From NCBI GenBank assembly GCA_021613535.1, contig CP075497.1, positions 1,488,001-1,552,000 of the forward strand: 64,000 bases of DNA, written 5' to 3'. The translations under genes were made by a program, and so were the position numbers. The notes under the pieces are model-generated. The model saw nothing but the letters and a program-made list of their open reading frames with translations, searched no databases and was not told where the DNA came from. Shown here piece after piece: positions 54,832-64,000 of this stretch. How positions within the stretch are numbered: position 1 is the stretch's first letter; each line of letters opens with the position of its first letter. This stretch comes from Adineta vaga (Eukaryota; Animalia; Rotifera).

Positions 54832-54983
54832 TAAACATAGAAACATCCTTTCATATTTCATTTGGATTATATTTTCAATATGAAAAAGATAAGTTAATCT
54901 TGAAGGGAATGATATGCATATATTTTGATAAAGAAGTCATATATAATAACAAGAAGAGAAAAAACTAATAAAAATTCGAAATG

Positions 54984-55445
54984 TTACTGTTTGTTAAAAT
55001 ATGCAATAGCTGAAGCAATAACTTGAACAGCAGATTTATCTGTTGAACGAATAGATGATTGTATTGTTGTTGTTGTACTGGAACAATCTTCAGATGTTCC
55101 TTCTAAAACCATTCTAAGTCGAACGAGTACATCATGTCCACCTCGATAAATTCCAGCTAAATAAAGTGTATGTGATGTTTTGTTTTCAGCTACTTTATCC
55201 GATTGTTCACATGGTTGCATTCCAATAAAACTAATGATTTTCTTGACATATTCTAGAAAAAAACCCTAAAGATAACAGAATAAAATAAGAATAATTAAAA
55301 GAATTAACCTTCAAGTGTTGATATTGATGATGATTTATAAGTATGTTCAACTTCATTTTCTTCTCCAACGTCTTTCCATGAAACTGATCAATTTGATTTC
55401 AAAACCTTTTCTAAATGATCACTAATTGTTATTTCAACATTTCCA
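54984..55445 (-). pseudogene. COPG: 3' fragment of coatomer gamma (appendage domain), 5'-truncated
   Basis: IISFIGMQPCEQSDKVAENKTSHTLYLAGIYRGGHDVLVR; two exons; the upstream gene body is replaced by a repeat. Confidence 0.85.
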
Positions 55446-55446
55446 G

Positions 55447-55590
55447 AGTAGTGTAGAATTCTTTAATTCGATCCGAGTATTAAACTTCTTCAACTTTTAA
55501 TTTTTGACGGTGTAGGTGAAGGTGTAGGTATAGATGATTAGCTAGTGTTCACCCCACACCCATATCCAGATCTACACCCACACCCTCAAA
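55447..55590 (+). repeat. Telomere-motif dispersed element at the COPG / PPR-DYW junction
   Basis: Aligns with 6773-6905; ends in ctacacccacaccctc. Confidence 0.85.
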
Positions 55591-57821
55591 TACGAAGATT
55601 CTTCACGATTTGAATTCGTGATGGAATTGGTCGTTGAATAAAGTTATGCAAGTGCCAATCTTTCACTATGACTATTGAGAACCGATTCAACAGTTTCATT
55701 CGGCATCAGAGCCCAGGTCGACTCGTACGCCTCGGAATCGCCGAGTTCCGTACAATTCCGAAAATTCTATAGAAGCAGCATTCTGGTCGGGACGTTTTTG
55801 AGTTTGTTCCTGCAGAATGCAGTGATTTTCCTGCGTCTTTCCTAACGGATCCTGCGGGATCCGGAGACCGGAACGTCCATCATGGGAGAACGTGTTATCC
55901 AATTTTCATCAAACTTATGACCATGTTCAAGTTCCTTTTTCTAGTCGATCAAGTTCATCATATATTTCAGATGTTCGTGGATGAGATTGATCTTGAACAC
56001 GAAATTGCTGAAAAACTCAATCACACATTCAAAGAAAATAAACAGCAGAATCATCATTACTCACCATAATTTCACCATTGATTTCTGTCCAAGACACAGC
56101 AGATCGTATTTTTGCACCTGATTGAGTCATATTCTATCTAACTTGTGATGCTTCTTCTAGTTCTCCTGCTGATACCAAAGATTTGTCAGCATTATGAAAT
56201 AATTCTCGCATTCATTGAACTGTTCGTCTTGCTAGAAATACATCGTTTCGATTATGAGAACCTGATAACAATGACACTAAAATAGAACAAAGGTTTACTA
56301 TCTCTGCTATGCGAAGCCGGATTAACTCTTTCTGCTCCGATGAGGTTGACATTGAAAGATTGGTGAATATACTTTCGAATGGATTTAACGAAGATCAACG
56401 GCAAAACCTACTGTACATAGGAAGATAAGAAGATTGGTCACATTCAAAGTCTTCAATCAGTTGTTTTGCTTCATCGAACAAAACTGATCGACTTAAACAA
56501 TCGATCTAAGTAAACCAATTCATAGCTAATTGTTTGCCAATGAGATCCATATAAAAATCATGGCAGTATAAAGCTAGTCATTTTTCATTCGAATTGTGGA
56601 GAAAATTGCACGAGCTTCATCAGCAAGTCCTGAATGTGAACATGCATTTAAAATACAAGTATAAGTTTTGTCAACAATCATTTTTGATGGCATTCGATGA
56701 TAAAGTTCAATTGTATCATGTCCCATATCCATTCCAACCATACGAATTAACTATTCTCATCAGTTAACAAAAGATAGAACATAGAAGAAAATACAAACTT
56801 ACTCATAGCAGTGTATGTTACATGATTTGGTTGATCCGTTTGTTCAAAGATCTGTCTCGCTTCATATATACATCCTACTTTGCCCTTTGTTTGGTAAAAA
56901 TAAATCAATCAATAAATAACATTACCTTAGATTTTTGAATATTTGCTCACCCACATATGAATGAGAGCACTTTGAAATATAAAATTATTTAACATTGCAG
57001 TTGGAATTTGTTTTACAATCAATCTACAACGTGATTCGATTTCAAGCTGGGCACAAGTATCGATAAGAAGAACAAAAAGAATTGAATTGACTCGAATACC
57101 TTCATCTTTCATTTTGCCATACAGATCTATAGTTTTGATAGGCATAACATGTTTATTATAACATTTCATCATTTGTCCATAATCAATTACAGCGCGTTTA
57201 ATTTTAGTAAATACATTCTAAGCATTTGCCAAATCACCATATTTGACAGACATATCGAAGGCAGAACTGAGAATGTATTCATTTTTATGATGAATTAATG
57301 ACATTTTAGACCAAACTTTCTTACCAAAATCTAATGCTTGTTTTGTTCGAAGATGAGCACAACTATTGAATAAGAGACATAGGTGGATTTCACCTGGATT
57401 GGTTATTTTTGAAAAGAGTTCGATTGCTTTTTCAGATATATTATTTTTTATCGAACCTAAATAAGAAGAAATTCCAAATATAATCGAACACTTCATTCAG
57501 TTTACCTTTGATCATTGAACCATAGTGGATTGATGTTTTATTGATAGATGAATCAAAAACACGTTGAGCATCATTTATTCGACCATATTGAATGTAACTG
57601 CTGTTCAATAAATTATCTGAGAGATTTGTATGAATGATTTGACCACGTTCGAAATATCCTGAATGAGTACAAGCTTTGAATGCTTGAATAAATTCTTTTC
57701 TATCATTTGTTTTCTTCATTTCAATGTGAACATTTATTTGTTTTGTACTGGTTATTGTACGTAGAAGATTGATATATTTTGATTTTGTATGATGAGGGAT
57801 AGCTCGAAAGGCGGTGAACAT
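55591..57821 (-). pseudogene. PLS-class pentatricopeptide repeat gene with E/E+ and partial DYW deaminase domain, disrupted
   Basis: PPR motifs (FKACTHSG, YGRINDAQRVFD, LNACSHSGLADEA); E domain SWTEING..F...DQSHP; DYW HSERLALA and IVKNLRI; introns present; several frameshifts and stops. Confidence 0.85.
55712..55886. mobile_element. 175-bp CACTA/EnSpm(CMC)-like MITE inserted in the DYW coding region
   Basis: Termini CCCA...TGGG; 2-bp TSD AG (55710-55711 and 55887-55888); removing it restores WITRSLMPNETVESVLNSHSERLA. Confidence 0.8.
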
Positions 57822-60645
57822 CTAAAATAATAAATCAAATAATCTTCCTATCGATTTTATCTGATCAATCATTTTCGAATTTTTTTCTTCGTTTCGTTTT
57901 TATTCCTAGACAAAATGAGAATGATTATTCAAAGAAACTAATAATGTTAAATTTCAATTTGAAAACAATTTTCAGTTTTAATGATAACATATGTATTTCA
58001 GAAACTAAATAGAAAAAATTTGATTCGAGTTTATTTTATATTTCTGTTTCGTCTTAAACTTCATTTGTTCTTCACAGTTCGATACAAATCATTCATATTT
58101 ATTTGTGTATAATAATTCTCATATTAATAGATGTCGTTATAGTAAAAGACGAAATGATAAGCAGCATATAGTGAGATAGTCCTTCTCGTTGTTATGTTGT
58201 GTCATGTATTTATCTTTATTTTCACTTTGTCCAATCATTTCCATTGATATGAAAACGTAATTTAACATAATTGAAAAGTATATAAACGCGAAAAACTATC
58301 TTTTTTATGGTAAAAACGTTGGATTACTGTTAATAAAATTAAGCATTGTAACAGAAGTGAGAAAATACAATTGAATTGTCATCGTCTATCTTGTCTTCAT
58401 ACGATGGCGGTAGTTGTTTCATACATGAAAAGGAATAATTATCGAATTGGTTACTACGATGTAATGTTCGGTGTGCACATCTCGTCATCGAATACATAGA
58501 ACAGAGCAGAGCAAACAGCAAATATAGAACTAATTAAAATTAGAATTACGAAACTCGTAAGTACAGATCGATTGGACAAAACAGTAAATTTTTATTAGTC
58601 TTTCTACATATGCCATTTTCTATGAATGAAAAAAAACCTACAACATGATGTTATAGTTCTGTTAACTTGAAAAAGATTTGCTTTGAACAAATTCTTCATT
58701 CAATAGTGAAAATAAACTCATGTTACCAGATTCATTTCGTTTCAGATTTATACATATATGTAATGATTCATGTCAAGTCAAATGTGGATTACACGTTTCA
58801 TTAATACAGAAGAAAGAACACGATAGGAGTTCAGCGGATAAGGAATGATGAATATTGTGACCTGAATTATAATAATGAACTTCCACCTCGAGACCTTATT
58901 TTATCAGCTTATAAATGTGTCTTTCTGTAACTTATCGAGTGAAAGCATTTGAATACGATTATGATCGATATCAGTTACATACAATGTATTTATTTGTTTG
59001 TGAATAAAAATTCACTCTGTCGCAAGTGACTAATCAGACTTGTTACGTCTTTGTCCGACACCCGCTTCAATAATACCTATTATGTTCCATTTTGCACAAG
59101 GACTCATTATGATCTATCTTATAGATGCAACCAACACACAATGATAACTTAGACCTAAAAAAAGTATTACTAAAGTTAGTCTTTTCTAATGATAATTGAA
59201 TCTACAAATCGAAACCGCGTAAATCTGAATCGAAGAAGACGAAACCATGGCGAAAGAAAACAAAATGACATAGGTTTAGTAATTACAAGAGAATGAAAGT
59301 ATACTTTTGAGTCGTGTGCTACTCATGCAGATAAGATTTATACATGAACCATAGATAAACACAAATCGAATTTTTTCATTCTATCCTATGCCCACCTCTG
59401 GTTCTTTTCGATTCATTATGCTGGGTCCTTTTTATCCTTCTCTTCAGAAAAGAAACGTTTGCGTATTTCTTTCTTTCAAATCTCAATCAAAGATAATGAC
59501 TGGACGACAACTCTCGTACAAGTACTCAAAAGAACAGGTACGAATCTGATATCAGTTTTGATTAAACATGTCTGCACCGTTAACTACTACAAGTCAAATC
59601 GTTCGATAGAATTTTCACAGAAATATATGAGGAAAAACGAGGTACCTAGTTACTATCCTACTGTTAGATGTTCATAGACATTACCCATATAAATAACTTT
59701 CTGAATATGTTAGGAATTATACTACGCGAATCTGCGTTATTCATAGCAACTCATAAAATAGTGCTTCATCTTCTTAGTTTCTTTTTAGAAATCGTATTCA
59801 AACAAGCTAATGGCTGTTTACAATGAGAATGAAAGAAAACCCATCTTTTCCTTTCGAAAGTGAATCAGAAGTGAACGACATTATGGAGGAACTTAACTGA
59901 TGTCTGTTCAAAAACGAATCCAACAGGCTGATATTTCCCTGAAAATAAAGGAAAGATTGAAGTCTGTACTGAGAACCACATATCAGAAGGTTAATTTTGG
60001 AAGTCTTCGATTACGAATTGATCCATTAAGAACGAGTCAGTTTCTATATATGTGAAAATCCCTTATCTGATTGATGAAAAAATAGAAAAATAGACTATGC
60101 ATGTCAACGACTATAGGTGTTATAGTTTGAGAGGTTTGTAGTAAGATCAACGAATAAGAGTAAAAGACTTTTCAGAAGTGATCAAATGATTCGTTTCATA
60201 AATTAAAATAGATTTTATCTTAACTTGAGTGTGCTGACTGATCTGATCACGTCCTCTCAGTAGAAAGTCAGCGGGAATTGTGCTGCTTTACTTGTCTTTC
60301 AGCTAGAAGTGTAGCTATAATGTGGAACGTGTAGAAATGTGCAGTTTCAGTAAATTGAGGGTGTGAGTGAGAGTTTAAAGTATAGCTTGACCCACACCCA
60401 TACCCTCCCAAAATTAGAAAAGCTACTTATTGATTGTGCTGTGTGGTGGAACATTTTGAGAACAATGTTGATATTCGTAGATAATCGAACAATAAACGAT
60501 GTAGAAGATCTTTTATTCAAATTAAAATTAGGGAAATAAGAGAAGAAATCTAACTATAAGAAATAATCGAGAATAAAAGGAAAATAAACTGATTAATAAT
60601 AATGGATGTTGAATTTTTCAAGGACGTTTCTTGAATTTGTGCTTA

Positions 60646-60870
60646 TTAACAAGCACAACTAGCAACACAATATTTGCAGCTCGTACCACTGCAAAAGCTA
60701 AAGCAATTACTAACACAACTAGCAACATAACTATCAGTACAATAAGCACGTTTGTTGATTAAATGATCAAGATTCGATCGAGTTTCAATAGTCCATGCCA
60801 TACTACTTGTAGTCATTAATACCAAAACGACAATAACAACCAAACAAATCAATTGACTGGTTTTTTGCAT
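60646..60870 (-). CDS. Secreted Cys-rich prepropeptide (8 Cys in a 33-aa mature peptide)
   Basis: Hydrophobic signal peptide, propiece, KR site, then AYCTDSYVASCVSNCFSFCSGTSCKYCVASCAC. Confidence 0.85.
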   Translation of the reverse strand: MQKTSQLICLVVIVVLVLMTTSSMAWTIETRSNLDHLINKRAYCTDSYVASCVSNCFSFCSGTSCKYCVASCAC

Positions 60871-61228
60871 TGTTTATTATTAATATTCGATGTTGAAGAA
60901 GAAAGAATAGTAGAATTATATGTAAATGATTTTTTTCGATCGTTATGATTTGCTTTTATATATGGATTAATGATCGAGGAAAAAAATTATATTTTTCCAT
61001 GAATGATCATAAACAGATGTCTATTTTTCTCTCGAAATAACGTCATAGATATTCAATAGGACGAAATTTTAGATAAAAAAGAGGATTTTCAAGGAAATTA
61101 TCCTTAACGATCATTATGAGATTTTTGTCACATTGTTCAAATAAGAAGTAAATTGATAAATATTTTATTTAATAGAAATGAAACAAAATAAAGAATAAAT
61201 ATAGTTCTTCAGTTTGATGTATTGATTA

Positions 61229-62648
61229 TCAATATGCAATCATTGTTTGAATAATCATAGTTAGAAAAAAGATGAAATATATGGAAATAAGAGAATATTG
61301 TTGAGCGGCACTACTCTTCTTTGTATTAGCCACTTGTATAACTACCTCAGCAATCTTACACATATTCTTACCACGTGCAATTCGAAAATATCCTTTCTCG
61401 CCCCATTGTTCACCTATATTTACAACAGAACAATAATGATAGAAAATCTTCCATAAATGAGTGCTCACCCCAATTGTTTCTACATAACCAATAAGGTTTT
61501 CCTTCTTCACTACCATATCCAACAATTTGTACCTAGAAGAAATGAATTATATTAAACACATATAGAATCTAACAGTATCTTCTGTTCCTTACCACTTCAT
61601 CTATAGGATCTTTTGAACATGACGGTTCATCATAAATACCTGGAAAAAAAAAGAAATGCTTTTCTAATATTAGACGAACTCGCATACCTCCTTTGTATGA
61701 ATTAAAGCCCTTGCCAGCAGCATTCATCTCTGCCCAAAGAGTAGATTCTTGAATCCACTCTAACATCTTATTCTCATCAGGTTCTGTCAATCTATTGATT
61801 TTATCGAACTAAAATTTGAATAAATCAATCTCTTTTTCTAATATCAATGCAAATGAACATACTGTAGCGAATGGTTTACATATATTTGGTTCACATCGAC
61901 CAAGTGCTTTCGGATAATCCGTCTTTCGACAAATACCACTCATATTCTTTATACAATTAAAAGCATCAATTGGTTGTCGACAACAGTCGTACACTTGTGA
62001 TATGCTACCATCGATAAGTTGACGAGTTTCAATAGCATGAAGACTTTCGACAAGTTCTATAAAAATAATAATAACTATGGTTATCTCTTATAGTTCACTG
62101 TTGTTCGTCAATATACTTACGAGTACTAACAATAGCGGTGACAATTTCTCCAACTTCACCTTGATATAATTCTGTAATGACACCTTTCGTACGCCAATCG
62201 AGTGATTCAGGTAAATCTTTTACTTCAACAGAGCTTTTAAATGACGATGATCATGATGGATGAGATTTGATACGATTTTGTCGTGCAGGTACAAGTTCCT
62301 ATAGAAGATTTATTCGTTCATTGCTTAACATGTATGACTAAGAATTACTTCAATACGTCGATCCGATAAATGATTAATTGCTACTGTAAATGTTGGATTC
62401 AGATTCGTTTGTTGAAAAGAGTGTATTTCATTAACATTCTCCATAAATATTTGTTTACGTTTAATTTCTTCTTCCACAGTTTCATACTGTTTATTATAGT
62501 CACGTTTAAATTTATCCCATTCAAGTGATAAATCAGCTATGACTGCACCAAATAGTAAGAAAATAAGAATGAACTATAACAAAATATAATCAATGGATGT
62601 AAAATGTATGCTGAGATATGACTCGAAAAAATAACATCTTACCTTCAT
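61229..62648 (-). pseudogene. Cathepsin L-like (papain C1A) non-catalytic homolog with a hydrophobic C-terminal tail; in-frame TGA at 62251-62253
   Basis: Signal peptide, ERFNIN-type propeptide, [34 protein letters not shown]; the catalytic Cys and His positions are substituted. Confidence 0.85.
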
Positions 62649-63432
62649 CAACACAGTTTATACTCTATGTGAAAATGACTTTTTTAGAAATTCTGTAGAT
62701 AGTAATGTTCTATAAGAACATTTTGATAAAGAACGAATCTAAATATTTCATATTATAAGATAGTCATTGTCAACGTCACGCTGACAAAATGTTGTTATCA
62801 TCAATGAAAAAAGTAAAGGATTACAAGGCATATCATGTTCACACTCAAAATTTAATCATGATTTCAAAAACTTAGAATATCTTAAGAATATATTTTTTTT
62901 AAAGTATTCGTCTTTAGATTAGACCAAGAGACAACTCGATGAACTCTAATAAGTGAACATCTTGGTCACTATATTCGAGTGAATTATAATAGCAAAATGA
63001 AATCTGAATTTTAGGGTGTGGGTGTGAGTGTAGATGATACTTCCGTGATTATATTATCCATTGTTTTGCTCATTCATGAGCACCAGACAAAGCACAATGA
63101 AAATGTGAAAAAACTAATATCGAATTATATATTATAAACTACTGATTTCCTTGAATTCCATCATACTTTCAGATAGTGTGAGTCTAACCTATTGGTACCC
63201 TTTGAACTCCTTAAATTCCTATAATTTCTTGGATTGCCAATTTCGGGATCATGGGTGCTGCTGCCGTTTCTAGCAGTGTGAAGCCATTTTAGTTTATAAC
63301 AGTAATACATAAATAAATTACTTTTCTTGGTTTCTTTCTTTGTTCTGAAACTTTGGCATTATACAATCAAATTTTTCAATAATATAAAAACATAATTCAT
63401 TTTGAAGACATTTCATAAAGAAATCAGTAACA

Positions 63433-63800
63433 ATGATGATGGATTTTAGTGAAGAAAAGTCCAGAAGTAAGTGAGATTTATTTAGTTTCATATGATTGAA
63501 TATTTATAAACGAAATATTGAAGATGATGTACCACCAAGATCAAATCGTGTTATCAAAATTTCCCTTCGCAATCGTGCTCATCAACCACAAACATTCGTA
63601 GAAATTGTTTTTTTATTTTTGAATTTTATCCTTGATGAATATTCAATTTAGTCTCATCATACATTGCGCAAAAGCAGACGATCTGATAATATCATTCACA
63701 GAAGTATTCGATCCAATATTAGTATTCGATCCATCGACAATAAATTGATTGATTTAAAAACTAGTACACACTCTACACATGTTTGTATTATAATGATTTC
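63433..63800 (+). CDS. Probable 5' exons of an unknown gene
   Basis: MMMDFSEEKSR|gtaagt, then DVPPRSNRVIKISLRNRAHQPQTF|gt; downstream structure unclear. Confidence 0.3.
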
Positions 63801-64000
63801 ACAAAATCTATATTTAAAAAAGAGTATACTTTTTTTCTCAATAGTCAGCTACAATGAAAGTACTTACTAATAATATGATCAATAAAAATTCTACCAAAAC
63901 AATCGATAGAAATGATCAGAAACATGATAAAGAACATATGTTAAACGCCATGAGATTTACATCACTTCGAGTAATTATGATAATCTAGTTAATTGCTTGA

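Noticed and set aside
1-64000. tRNA/rRNA genes and prokaryotic defence systems
   Set aside because: No recognisable signatures; genes of possibly foreign origin are embedded among intron-containing metazoan genes.

Overview
AT-rich animal DNA with many short (~50-60 nt) GT-AG introns, most likely from a bdelloid rotifer (Adineta/Rotaria-like). This is an inference from (TGTGGG)n-type repeats, a PLS/DYW-type PPR gene, protoglobins and lineage-typical F-box/LRR families. The left part (1-26 kb) is accessory: two protoglobins ending in CaaX boxes, a secreted toxin-like protein, a dead CBP/p300 copy, a deleted piggyBac, a purple acid phosphatase and decayed genes. It also holds an F-box + 17-LRR gene that the ORF track misses, because each 28-aa LRR sits on its own 84-nt phase-0 exon in a 139-bp exon+intron array; the units are mosaic and vary mainly on the binding face. 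The middle (26-52 kb) is conserved metazoan genes: IMPAD1/BPNT2, NUDT3, ARHGAP21/23, an Uncx gene lacking homeodomain helices 2-3, an operon-like CAMKMT-UTP23-AGPAT5-DR1 cluster and an aminergic GPCR. The right part (53-64 kb) has MITEs, a COPG 3' fragment joined to a PPR-DYW pseudogene through a telomere-repeat-bearing element, a Cys-rich secreted peptide and a catalytically dead cathepsin with a GPI-like tail. Exon boundaries were read by eye and no database searches were run.
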